From the human T2T-CHM13v2.0 reference genome, Homo sapiens: a stretch of 64,000 bases of DNA. Position numbers and translations under genes: made by a program. This document shows positions 46,373 through 60,717 of the stretch, piece by piece. The number at the start of each line of letters is the position of its first letter. Position 1 is the stretch's first letter. The stretch lies in assembly GCF_009914755.1 (NCBI RefSeq), contig NC_060935.1; one strand, written 5' to 3'. Below the pieces are notes generated by a model, which had not been told where the DNA came from, did not search any database, and saw only the letters and a list, made by a program, of their open reading frames with translations.

Positions 46373-46734
46373 TGTGATACAGAGAAGCACAGGGACTATA
46401 AGAGCACAGAAGAGGGACTCCTAATCAAACCCCGGGGGTCAGTATAGAGAAGGCTCCTAGAGAAATTAGAAAAAGCCTGAGTAGAATCTTGAAACCTGAG
46501 TATGAATTAGTCAGGTGCAGAATGGGGCAAGGATATTGCGGGCAGAGGGAACATCATGTACAAAGCCACAAAGTGAGCCTTGCATATTTATGGAACTGAA
46601 AGTAATTTAGTATGGTGGGAGTGTAGGGTATATGTGAGCTGGTGAGTGGCAGGAGATAAGGCTAGAAAATGCTATAGAGACAGCCTCTTGAAAAAGTCTT
46701 GCATGCTTTTCTAAATTATATTCATTGCAAAGGC

Positions 46735-46904
46735 CAAGTATTCCCAGTCTTGGGGATTTGAATCCCTGAAAGGGGTCCTTGAGGGGTGTCTCATGAATCC
46801 ATATTATTTCCTCAGTCATTTTTCAACCAGTGGTTAGTAAAAGCACACCTATCATTACATGGAGCTCTTTGGAATTCCTCACTGAAAAAAGTTAGGCATC
46901 ACTG
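46735..46904. mobile_element. Possible short hAT MITE
   Basis: Ends AAAAAAGTTAGGCATCACTG, resembling a hAT terminus; interrupts L2-like sequence. Confidence 0.35.
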
Positions 46905-46937
46905 TTAAGGGAGTTTGGGAACCCTGTGAAGGATTTT

Positions 46938-47846
<909 letters not shown>

Positions 47847-47890
47847 CCTGTGAAGGATTTTATTCAGAGGGCTATCTAGTCAGATTTGAA

Positions 47891-48191
47891 TTTTATTTTA
47901 TTTTTTTGAGAGAAGGTCTCGCTCTGTCACCTGGGCTGGAGTGCAGTAGTACGATCATAGTTTACTGCAACTTCAAACTGCTGGGCTCAAGGGATCTTCC
48001 TGCCTCAGCCTCCTGAGCAGCTGGGACTACAAGTGCATGACACCATACCCAGCTAATTTTTAAATTTTTATTTTGTAGAGACAGGATCTTGCTTTGTTGC
48101 CCAGGCTGATCTTGAACTCCTAGCTCAAGTGATCCTCCGCCTCAGTCTCTCAAAGTATTGGGATTACAGGCATGAGCCACTGTGCCTGGCC
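47891..48191 (-). mobile_element. AluJ
   Basis: TSD CAGATTTGAATTTTA. Confidence 0.9.
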
Positions 48192-48766
48192 CAGATTTGA
48201 ATTTTAGAAAAATTGTACTCACTGCTTGGTAGAGGATGAGTTTGAAAGAAACTAGAACAGAGACAGGGCAAATAGTGAGGAAACTGTTGTAACCCAGGCA
48301 AGAGATGTAGAAGCCTGAACTGCTTTGGCATAGAGGTATCGCCCTCAGAAATCAGATCAGGCTTGTGCAGAGGAGGGAGCAGGGCTATGGAGCCTGGGCT
48401 GCCAGGAGGCTCAGGTAGACTTCATTCTGGATAGTCTCCTTTCAGGGAGGACACTCTGCTACCCCAGCTGAGAAAGGCATCCTGTAAGGAAGGGCTGCTC
48501 TTCAGCTGCAGGAAGAGAGTCAGAACCTGGTTCCTAGAATGATCATCTTGACTGCAACATTGTTTAGTAGATGCTGTTGGTTATCTTCTCCCAAGAAAAG
48601 ACAAAGAGGGGCCAGTTATCTTTCTTTTATTGTCTGAGTGGAGGGTTATATGGGGCAGAAAGATAATGAGAAGCTCTCTCTTAGTTCATGTCTCTTTTGG
48701 AGCCCAGGAATGTGTTCTCTTTTAACCAGCCAGCAAGAGGCCTGGGAGGTTTCAGTCTGTCCTCTT

Positions 48767-48780
48767 GTTACTATGGAAAC
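48767..48780. promoter_or_regulatory. Candidate RFX X-box
   Basis: GTTACTATGGAAAC versus consensus GTTGCCATGGCAAC, in repeat-free sequence. Confidence 0.35.
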
Positions 48781-49395
48781 TGGAATCCACATTGTTTTTA
48801 CCCCATGCAGTGGTGTGCCTGGTTCCTCAGTGTTTATATTTTCAAGGCTTTTATCATTGTGCACTTAGAGCCGCTGTGATTGGGACTGATTGTTGGGAAC
48901 CAGCCTTACTGATTGAACCCAGAAGGGTATAATCTTAGAGGGTCCACTGATAGGTTGGACATGCCCCCTAGGTGTTGTCCTTTATCTGGGTAAGTCCTTG
49001 GGTGCCCACTCCAACACTTTCAGCAAACTTTTCCCAGCAGAAAGCCATTTGAGGTGTCTGTAATTATTTTTTTGGCTATCTCAGACCCTGATGAGTGCTG
49101 GCTAGGGCACAAGAACTTTTGGGTCAGGCGCCAGTCAGATAATTTGGGGTAGCTTTTGAACAAGTGTGTGTTGATTTAATTCTTCTGGGGCCGTCTTTCT
49201 TCTTGGAAGCTTTAGTATATAAAGACCTGTGGTATGTGGGACTCCAAACCTGGGATAGCAAATCTTCAAAATCAGTATGCACCTTTCAGTTGTCTCTAGA
49301 CCAGATATTGTGCTGCCCAGCACTGGGCTAGACACAGGGGAATACCAGAAGAATCAAAGACTCTCTTTGCTATTGTTGGGAAGGTAAGACTTCAG

Positions 49396-49684
49396 GGCCA
49401 GGCTCAGTGGCTCATGCCTGTAATCCCAGCACTTTGGGAGGCCGAAGTGGTGGATTGCTTGAGCCCAGGGGTTCAAGACCAGACTGGGCAACATAGTGAA
49501 ACCTCATCTCTACAAAAAATACAAAAATTAGCCGAGCACAGTGGTGCATGCCTGTGGTCTCAGCTATTTGGGAGGCTGAGCCTGGGAGGTGGAAGCTGCA
49601 GTGAGCCATGATCTTGCCACTGCAGTCCAGCCTGGGTGACAGAGTGAGACCCTGTCTCATAAATAAATAAATAAATAAAATAAA
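49396..49684 (+). mobile_element. AluJ (small deletion), (AAAT)n tail
   Basis: Dimer. Confidence 0.9.
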
Positions 49685-51038
49685 GTCTTCCAGGTTAAGC
49701 AGAGAGTAGAAAACTGATGGATGAACAACTAACATTTGTATAGAGCTTTACTATTTTTCAAAAGACTTGACTGATTTTTTCAGGTAAGAACATTAATCCT
49801 TAGGAGTAGTCAATGTATAGGAAAGTTGGAATTCAAAGACCCATATTTGCTACCTCTGCAATTCAATACATATTTCAATAATTAGGGATTGGGGAAAAAG
49901 GGGATCCTGGAGGCCAGAGAAATGTGTGTTATTGTTTGATTTCCCAGTGCCTTTGCCTAGTTCAGCTAGTTCAGTCATCAGCAAAAGCTGCTTGAAAGTG
50001 TTAAATAAGTGTTGAAATGGGTATTCCAGCATGTGAACACTGATCTGGGAGTCAGTCAGACACTTTCAATTCAGTCAGGAAGGTCATAGAAACAAAAGGG
50101 CAGGCAAATAGGCTGTCTACCAGGAGTCTGAAGCCCTATGGGAAACCAAGGAGTGGGCAAAGGGTATCATAACAGTTGGACAGCTCCTGCATCAGAAGCC
50201 CATGTTATTGAGGTCAAGGCCTGCTTGGTGGTGACTAGCTGTAGGGATTAGCCATTTTCTTCTGGAAGGAGGCTTCTTGTGAGATCAAAATTTGAAGAAA
50301 AGAATGCTTAGAGGAGGAGGAAGGTAGAAATGGGACACAGAAGGAGTAGCTGAGTGCACCCTGGAGGAGAGATAGCCAGAGACTTCTCTTCTAGAAGATG
50401 ATTAGGTTTAGCAGAAGCATATTCTTTTTCCCTTTTTGCTCCTCCCAGCATGGTGTACCAGAGACTCAGTTCTTCTCTAGTGATTCTTAAACTTTATATT
50501 TAAGTTCTAATGAGAAAGAGGTTTTTGGCTAGTTTGTTTCAGGAGGTTGAACACTAAAGAATTTAAGGCAAAGCAAGGATGTTCTATTTTACCCTGTTTG
50601 GGGAATGGTTCAAGCCCAGATAGAGTTTCTTGTATTTGTCATTAATAGACAAAAAACCCCTGATGGAAGCCCTGCTTCCTCACCCCACAGCCCTTGCTTT
50701 GTTGCCTTGGAAAGTAAGAGTTAGTAATGCCAGGGAGCCCGGTTGCATAGGCTGATCCAGATCACCCAACTATAGCCTTGCCATAGGACGTGGTATAGGA
50801 AGTTAGTGTGGTTTCTAATCTGGTTCTGCCACTTCTTTGCTGGCCAACCTAGGGCAAAACAACCCATTTTATGGCCTCAATTTTCTTCTCCAGGTGTTAA
50901 AAGAGCAACGGCCTTTGAGGCCCTCCAAATCCCCTTCAATTCTGCCATTTAGAGTCTGAGTATAATATGTGATCTCAACATCCATTATTCCCATTCTATG
51001 CCAGGAGTTTTTGCAAGATCGGTATTGACTTCTTGATC

Positions 51039-51341
51039 TTCTTCTTTTTTTTTTTTTTTTTTTTTTGAGACAGGGTCTTGCTCTGTTGCTGAGGCTGGAG
51101 TACAGTGACATGCTCACAGCTCACTGCAGTCTTGACCTCCCAGGCCCAAGAAATCCTCTCATCCCAGCCTCCCTAATAGCTGGCACCATAGGTGTGTGCC
51201 ACTACTCCCAGCTAATTTTTGTATTTTTTACAGAGATGGAGTTTCCCTATATTGCCCAGGCTGGTCTTGAACTCCCAGGCTCAGGTGATCCTTAGCCTCC
51301 CAAAGTGCTGGGATTACAGGCATAAGCCACCATGCCTGGCC
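51039..51341 (-). mobile_element. AluJ
   Basis: TSD GACTT..TGATCTT. Confidence 0.9.
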
Positions 51342-51569
51342 TGACTTTCTGATCTTTTAATAAGTCAAGTTGTGTGAGATGCTGTGCTCCTTGCCTTTGG
51401 GCTTTCTTTGTTTGGGTTGCCCTTCCTTCTTCTCCCATTCTCTTCTACCTGTTTTTCAGTGGTAACTCCTGCTTGTGTGGTCTCTTGCCCCTTGCCATAT
51501 TTTACTTTGTAATTCATATACTGTGCTCATTCTCCTAGTACTTTTTGTGAGCAAAGGATGGTGTTTATT

Positions 51570-51960
51570 CATCTCTTTTTGAATTTGTTCATTCAACAAG
51601 TTTTTCTGTGCATTTGTTTGTTCGTTCAACAAATGTTCATTGAAGTCTAACCGTTGTCCTAGGGACTAAGCTAGGTGCTAGCAGCCAGGATTCAGCCATG
51701 AGCAAGACAGCCATGGTTCCTGCCACTATGGAGCTTTCAATTTAGTGGAGAAGATAGACATTGAGCAAATTATCACAGAAATAATTACTATTGTGAAAAG
51801 TGCTGTAAATGAAAAATATAGGTTGTTTTGAGAATGTATAATGTGGGCCTAAACCAGTTTGGGAGGGAGAATGAGTCAGGATCTTTGAAGAAAAGACATT
51901 TAAGTGGAGATCAGCAGCATGAGTCAGAATTTGCAGGTTAAGAAAGAAGTAAGAGCCTTC
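51570..51960 (-). mobile_element. L2 3' end
   Basis: TTCGTTCAACAAATGTTCATTGA...GAGCAAGACAGCCATGGTTCCTGCC. Confidence 0.65.
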
Positions 51961-52039
51961 CATACCGAAAGAATTCTGAGTGGTTCTTGACCTGGGCTGC
52001 AGTCTAGCGTCACCACGTAAAAGGGAGTATATGGAGCAC

Positions 52040-52950
52040 CTGGACATATCATGCATGACTGGTGGGAGTATAAAGTGATATGCCTACTTTAGAAAACAGT
52101 TTGGCAGTTACTTGAAATGTTAAACATACTTTTATTTTGTAAATGCATCAGTTCCACCCTAGATATTTGCTCAAGAAAAATGAAAACATATGTTCATACA
52201 AAGACTTGTACATGAATACTCATAATAGCTTTATTTGTAAAATAGCCAAAAACTGATGAGTGGATAAACAAGTGGTGGTATAGCCATTCAATGGAATACT
52301 ACTCAGCAGCAAAATGGAACAAACTACTGATTCATGTGACAACATGGTTGAATCTCAAATCTTGTTGAGTAACAGAAGCTAGGCACAAAAGAGTACATAC
52401 TGATGATTCCATTTAATTTGAAATTCTAGAACAGGCAAAACTAGTTTATAGTGATAGAAGTTGGAACAGTGGTTGTGTGGGGAGGGAGAATGAGGGTTGG
52501 CAGTGAAGGACCAAGTAGGAATATTCTGGGGTGATGGAAAGGTTCTGCATCTTGATTGGGGTGGTGGTTACACAGGGATGTATGTTTGTCCAACACATTT
52601 AACAGTACATTAAAAATGAGGGCATTTTATTATATGTAACTGTACCTTAAAAATATTCATGCCTCATTTTTATAAGGGTCAAAAACAGGTAAAACTCGTC
52701 TATGATGATACAAGTCAGAATGTGGTTACTGTGGGGTATGGTTACTCATGGTAGTATTGACTGGAAAGGGGCAAGAAGGGTGGAGCCTTCCTGGAAATGT
52801 TCTATATTTTTTATTTCAGTGGTAGTTACATGAACATATAGATTACATAAAAATTGAATGTATATAATGTAAAAATATATATTTTAAATTGTCTATATAT
52901 TTACTTATGTACTTTACTGTAAGTGTCTCTATTAAAGAAAAAATAAAACC
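52040..52950 (+). mobile_element. L1M (MC/MD/ME) 3' region fragments
   Basis: AGAAAACAGTTTGGCAG, GGATAAACAAGTGGTGGTATAGCCATTCAATGGAATACTACTCAGCA. Confidence 0.75.
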
Positions 52951-52959
52951 CCAAAAAAC

Positions 52960-53083
52960 CCAGCTTATGCCTGGCCCCACCCAGAGAGATACTGATTTAA
53001 TTGGTCTGGGGTGGGGCCTGGGCATCAGCAATTTAAGAGCTCCTTAAGTGATTCTGCTATGCAGCCAGGGTTGAGAACTACTG
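52960..53083. mobile_element. MER5-family hAT MITE (partial)
   Basis: GGTCTGGGGTGGGGCCTGGGCATC...GCAGCCAGGGTTGAGAACTACTG. Confidence 0.75.
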
Positions 53084-53157
53084 CTCTATGTGGAAAGGCT
53101 GAGGAGGGAAGAAATGGTGTGTAAAGAAGGATCATAAAAAGCAGGAGTTTCACTTCT

Positions 53158-53258
53158 CTTTTATTTTTAAAAATTTTAATTAAAAATTTTTTTATTATTA
53201 TTTTTTACTGCTCCCTGTGCAGCAGGGCTACCCCATAAGCAGTATGCCCAGAGTAGTC
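53158..53258 (-). mobile_element. ~50-nt retroposed short RNA (ERV1 LTR-like, possibly LTR10-type) with A-rich tail
   Basis: Minus strand GACTACTCTGGGCATACTGCTTATGGGGTAGCCCTGCTGCACAGGGAGCAGT plus A-rich tail; perfect 16-bp TSD CAGGAGTTTCACTTCT 53142-53157 / 53258-53273. Confidence 0.75.
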
Positions 53259-53940
53259 AGGAGTTTCACTTCTAATATGAAGTTATAGAAAAAAAAAAAA
53301 AAGCAGGAGTTACTGGAGATGAAATCAGAAAGATGGCAGGTGTCAGATCATTCTGGGCCTTGCAGGCCACATTAAGAAATTTTAACTTTATCTTAAGAAT
53401 AAGGAGAAATTTTTGAAAGGTTATAAGCAGAGAGTGACTAGGTTGGATATTCAGCTAGTATGCACTAGCACCGCCTATAGCTCGCATTTCTGCTGATTGG
53501 TCATTAAGTATTTAGATTATCTCCTCTGGGAGAGGCATGCTGTGTGCAGGATAAGATTTGGAATAGTTAAGGAATATTGAATTAGGATTGGTGATTGATT
53601 AAATGTGAAGAGTGAAGGAGAGTGAGATGTCAAGGCTTCTGACATAAGCACCTGGAAAAGTAGGAAGGTTAGGGAAAAAATGAATTTAGAATTGGAACTT
53701 AACTAGTTCAAGTGCCTGAGAGACATCCATGTGATGTCTACTAGGTAGATAGGTTCTGTGGGTTTCTGTAGGTCCTAAGTGAAACTTGAACCAGAAACAT
53801 AATTTTAGGACTTGGTAATAGTAATTTCTTTAAATAGTAACTGAAGGTATGAGAAGAGGTAAAATCACTTTAGGAAAGAGTGTAGTAAGAAGACAGCCCA
53901 GAATTTAGAAAAAAATTCTGACATTTAGAATTTATGTAGA

Positions 53941-54088
53941 AGTCTGGGCACAGTGGCTCATGCCTGTAATTCCAACACTATGAGAGGCTAAGGCAGGAGG
54001 ATTGCTTGAACTCAAAAGGTAGAGGCTGCAGTGAACCATGATCATGCAATTGCACTTCAATCTGGGTGACAGAGCAAGACCCTGTCTC

Positions 54089-54122
<34 letters not shown>
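53941..54122 (+). mobile_element. Alu monomer (FRAM-like or arm-recombined) with A33 tail
   Basis: Left-arm-like start fused to right-arm end; pure A run 54090-54122. Confidence 0.8.
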
Positions 54123-54125
<3 letters not shown>

Positions 54126-54512
54126 AGAGAGGAGAAACCTACCTTGCAAATTAGGGAAAGCGAAGATTTATTCATTCATTCAGCAAATTCTCTATTGAAT
54201 ACCTAGTATGTGTCAGGCACTGTACGAGTCCCTTGGGATACTGCAGTGAGCAAAAAAGCGACTGCTCTCGTGGACCTTACTTTTAGTGGAGGGAGATAGG
54301 TGATAAGCAAACCAAGGAATAAATATATCATGTGTCAGGTGGAATCAAATGCTATGAAAAATGAGAATCACAAGCTGTGTCCTCAGATATCTTCAAATAA
54401 CTATAGTTATAAACTGACTGAGGTAAGGCCATATGAGGTGCAAAGTCAGAATTGCTGTTGGAACTCAGAAGTATATCTCATTGCATTGCTCAACATGGAC
54501 CTGTATATATAG

Positions 54513-55433
<921 letters not shown>

Positions 55434-55496
55434 TGATTAATTTTTGATGAGCGACCTCAGGGAGAGAAGTGAGCTTGGTCAAAATTCAGAGCTTAG

Positions 55497-55625
55497 AAGC
55501 TGAGTGCAGTGGCAAAAGCCTATAATCCTAGCTATTTGGGAGGCTGAGGCAGGAGGATTGCTTGAGCCAGGAGTTTGAAACCAGCCTGGGCAACATAACA
55601 AGACCCCCCTCTCAAAAATAAAAAG
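55497..55625 (+). mobile_element. FLAM monomer
   Basis: TSD AGAGCTTAGAA. Confidence 0.85.
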
Positions 55626-55957
55626 GAAGTTAGAGCTTAGAATCTGTAGTGATTTGTGTTAGTGTTGCTTGGGCAGCTGAAACCAGTGCCAGTTTTGTCC
55701 AGAAGAAAGATCTTTTGAATTCCTGCCCCCTGCTGAGAAGAGCTGGTCCTCTTCTTGGATATGAGGACGAGTGGTTCTAACAGATGCAGGAATATCTCTC
55801 AGATAGGCTGAGTTTTGCCTAGCCTAGGGGTATGACTCCTCTTTCTGTGGCTAGGCCTGCTGTGTGCCTCAGCTGAGATGTTATATTTCACTGGGGACCT
55901 TTCTTGGATAACTCCAGGTCTCAAACCTGTTCCTTTTTTAAGACTTCACATTTCCAT

Positions 55958-56285
<328 letters not shown>

Positions 56286-58280
56286 TCATCCCCATTCTAG
56301 GCCCCATGCTATTTTATCTCTTGAACTTCATGGTCCTTGACCAAATTTGAAAATCTTCCCAGGGCTAGTACTCTCAAGTCTTAGTCTTTTGATCCCTTTC
56401 CAAGAATGAGGGTGGATTCTAATCCCATCAAGAGTAGCTGCAGAATTTGCTAGTCCTGGCTGAGAAATAAGAGGTGAAGTGGGAGAAATTCTTCTTACTG
56501 ATGGGGCCCCTGCTGGTAAAACTTGGCAATTTCCAATTCGTCCTATAGGGATGAATTACTGTTTAGTGACGAGAAACAGAAAGTGGTTGGGAAAGTCGAA
56601 GCATTAGATGGACAGTGGATATTGGTGGTGGGAATTGGTGGGTTGTATTCAAGAATTCCCTTGACTTTTTGGGAGATACGGTTTTTTAATTAATTAATTC
56701 ACACATTCTTCATTCATTCATTCATTTAGCCAGCACATACTGATTTCATACTTGACAGGGTAGATGGTAGTGGTAATATTATAATGGGCCCTGGGGGATA
56801 GAGTGAGTCAAGCTTGGTTCTTACCACTTGGATGTGGTATGTGAACAACTCATAACATGAGAATTAATATAACAGAGCTATGCACAAAGTGCTTTGGAGC
56901 ATAGAACAGTGAACAGTGAATGATTAGCTCTGCCTGGAGAAAGGTGAGGAGATTTGGGCAGGAGGGAAAGGACTTTGTGTTTTTTTCTGCCAATAGCTAT
57001 CAAAGTGTAGTCTTTAGACCATGGCGGGTGGCAGCAAGACCTTTTCAGGACATCCAGAAGATCAAAGCCGTTTCATAATAATATATTATTTGCCTTAAAA
57101 AAAACTATGTATACCTTTGTACTGATGTTGCAAAAACAGTGGTAGGTAAAACTGCTGGCACCTTAACACAAATCAAACCAGTGGCACTGAACTACTAGTA
57201 ATGACTGTATTCCTCACCTCCACACACTGTCAGTTAAAAAAAATAAAAGTTTTCAACAAAGAAGTAGAAATCATTAATTTTATTGAATTGCATCCCATGA
57301 GTTCATGCCTTTTAGTATTCTGTGTGATGAAATATAAGTATGCATAAAGCATTTCTGCTGCATGTAGAAGTTTGATGGTTATCTCAAGGAAAGCACTTGT
57401 GCAATTGAGTTGTAAGTTGACATACCTCTTTTTTTTCAGGCAGCACTATCATTAGTTGAAAGAATACTTGATAGATAACTATGGTTATTCAGTATTTGGC
57501 AGAATTTTCTTGTAAATAAATGAAATGCGTCTTCTGCTTTAAGGAAAACAACTGGTAGTATTTGTTGCCAATGATAAAATTCCAGCTTTTAAGTGAAAAC
57601 TGGATTTTAGAAAACTTGTATCTGTCACTGTGAAATTGACAGTTTTCCTGGATTAAAAGCTTTTCTGATGAAATCAGTGGTGATATTAATAATTGTGGCT
57701 ATTTTGATATTGTATAAATGAAAGTGTCAACATTTGGAAGCTCTGCACTAACTCCTAACCAATAGTTTCCAAATGACAAGTGCATCATGTTACAAAGTCA
57801 TGCATGTATTAAAGATCCATTCAAAGTGTAAGATAGACCAATGGATTTTAATGTTAGAGGGTACAAAAAGTTTATTCATATAGTTTGGGATTTCACATTG
57901 CAACTAACCTTTAAGAAACCTACCGCTTGTTGAGTTTGGGTATAGTCTCGTATAAGGTATCCACAATAGTCTGACTAGTAAAATATTCCTGTCTTTTCCA
58001 ACTGCATATCTATGTTTTGATCTTTAGCCAAAACAACACATCACAATAGGTTGAATGTAGCTATAAGATTATGTCTGTCTTCTATTAAGCCAGACATTTA
58101 AAAGATTTGCAAAAATGTACAATTCTACCCTTCTCGAGATTTTTTCAGAAAACAATTATTTTCCATAAAAATATTATTTACATTAATATGTAAGAGATTT
58201 GTTATTGTTCTAAAATAAATTAAAGAGAGCCTGGAGAGCAGTAGCAGCCTGGCTGTCATCACCATGTCCCTGAAAGGTGA

Positions 58281-58554
58281 TTTTTTTTTTTTGGAGACAG
58301 GGTCTCACTGTTGCCCAGGCTGTAGTGCAGTGGTGCAATCACAGCTCATTGCAGCTTCAACATCCTGCACTCAAGTGATCCTCCTACTTCAGCCTTCTGA
58401 GTAGCTGGGACTACAGGCATGCACCACCATGCTTGGCTTTTATAGAGATGGGGTCTCACTATGTTGCCCAGACAGATTTTGAACTCCTGGGCTCAAGCAA
58501 TGCCTCAGCCTCCCAAAGTGCTGGGATTATAGGTAGTGAGCCACTGTACCTGGC
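58281..58554 (-). mobile_element. AluJ inside ACBD7 pseudogene CDS
   Basis: Degenerate TSD CCCTGAAAGGTGATTTT / CCCTGCAGGCTGATTTT. Confidence 0.9.
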
Positions 58555-58720
58555 CCTGCAGGCTGATTTTGACAGTGGTGCAGAAGATGTGAGGAAGCTG
58601 AAAACAAGACCAGATGAGGAAGGACTGAAACAACTCTATGGGCTTTAGAAACAAGCTATAACTGGGGACATTAATATTGAGTGTTCAGGAATGCTAGATT
58701 TAAAAGGCAAGGCCAAATGA

Positions 58721-59078
<358 letters not shown>

Positions 59079-59348
59079 CAAATACCTGTATTTCTAAGCA
59101 AAGGAGCTGATAGAAAAAGGTTGAATTTAGGATAAAGCATAGGAGAAAATTGTCCTTTGGAAGCCTTCATACTGGTATCATGACCTAACATTTAGTGGGG
59201 GAAATGCACTTTTAACTCTATGTATCATCTACATTTTTGCTGTTAGCATGAATTGTAATAATTAGGAGTAAATTGAAACTACCTAGTTAACTAAACTGTG
59301 GTTACTTAAACTAGGTGTCTGTAAAAGTTCTTTTAGAAAAGTGTCTTA

Positions 59349-59715
59349 TATTTTATTTTTATAGATTTAGGGGGTACAAATGCAGTTTTGTTACATGGGT
59401 ATATTGTGTATTGGTGAAGCCTGGGCTTTTAGTGTACCTAGTGTATCCATCACCCAAATAGGGTACATTGTACCCAAAAGGTAGTTTCTTGTCCCTTACC
59501 GTCCTCCCCCACTCCTGGCAACTTTTCGAAGTCTCCACTGCCTCCAGGGACTCTCCATGTCCCCCTATACACATTGTTTGGCTTCTACTTGTAGGTGGCA
59601 ATATGTGATGTTTGATTTTCTGTTTCTCAGTTGTTTCACTTCAGATAGCGGCCTCCAGTTCCATCCACGTTGCTGCAAAAGACATGATTTCATTCTTCTT
59701 TTATGGCTGAGTAGT

Positions 59716-59755
<40 letters not shown>

Positions 59756-60031
59756 AAAATAATATTTTCTTTATGCAGTCATCCATTGATGGACACTAAA
59801 GTTGATTCTATGTCTTGCTATTGTAAATAGTGCCGCAACAGACATGAGTGGTGGCTATCTCTTTATATAATGATTTCTTATCCTTTCTTATCCTTTGGCT
59901 AGCTGCCTAATTTTGGTCCTTTGGGAGATCTCCATACTGTTTTTCATAGAGGTTGTACTGGTGCATTCCCCTAACAGTGTATGAGTATTTCCTTTTCTCT
60001 GCATCCTCACCAACATCTGTTGTTTATTGAC
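59349..60031 (-). mobile_element. L1PB/L1MA-type 3' end inserted in the pseudogene 3'UTR, containing (TG)n
   Basis: TTTAGGGGGTACAAATGCAGTTTTGTTACATGG L1 3'UTR; TSD-like TTTTAGAAAAGT on both sides. Confidence 0.8.
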
Positions 60032-60210
60032 TTTTTAGAAAAGTCTTGCTCTGGGAGTATGTATACAAAGACTTTAGCAATTGTTTGTTCTTTTGGCTTA
60101 TCTGTTCTACAGTGAGTTTAGTGTTACTCATTTAGTGTTCATCTGTTTTGATTATTAAGAAGAAATAAAATGAATTAATAACTAAATATAAAAATTTGTG
60201 TTTTACTTTC

Positions 60211-60717
60211 CTTTTTTAATTCAAAATTTTGTGGAAATTTTATTTGAAATGCTCTGATCTATACCTTATGAAACATATTATCAATCTAGAAAAAATCTTA
60301 CTGAGGCAGTTTGCAAAAGTTTTATGTTGCTAAATATTCATTAACGCAATGTAGGTAATTAAATTTTAACTTTTATTTTGAGTTTAGGGATACAAGTATA
60401 GGTTTGCTACATAACTAAGCTTCTGACATGGGGTTTGTTGCACAGATTATTTCATCACCCAGGTATTAATCCTAGTACCCATTAGTTATTTTTCCTCATC
60501 CTCTTCCTCCTCCCACCCTCCACCCTCCGAAAGGCCCCAGTGTGTGTTGTTTCCCTCTGTGTATCCATGTGTTCTCATCATTTAGCTCCTACTTAGAAGT
60601 GAGAACATGTGGTATTTGGTTTTCTGTTCCTGTGTTCTTTTGCTAAGGATAATGACCTCCATCTCCATTCATGTCCCTGCAAAGGACATGATCTCGTTCT
60701 TTTTTTATGGCTGCATC
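60211..60717 (-). mobile_element. 5'-truncated L1PA (older primate) 3' end with ~150-bp 3' transduction
   Basis: L1PA 3'UTR at about 60362-60717; non-L1 segment at 60211-60361 with minus-strand AATAAA (60239-60244); TSD TGTTTTACTTTC 60199-60210 / 60718-60729. Confidence 0.8.

Larger units (their letters stand above)
53085..54365 (-). mobile_element. L2 relics with small insertions
   Basis: GGGCCTTGCAGGCCACATTAAG...; ATTCATTCATTCAGCAAAT. Confidence 0.55.

Noticed and set aside
53445-53510. Short segment in L2 with hairpin GCTAGT/ACTAGC and CTGATTGG (CCAAT box)
   Set aside because: No TSD or tail and too short to assign; could be a repeat fragment or chance
58433-58648. ORF ending in an ACBD7-like peptide as a functional gene
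   Set aside because: Starts inside an Alu, and the ACBD7 frame has in-frame stops and a frameshift; it is a pseudogene
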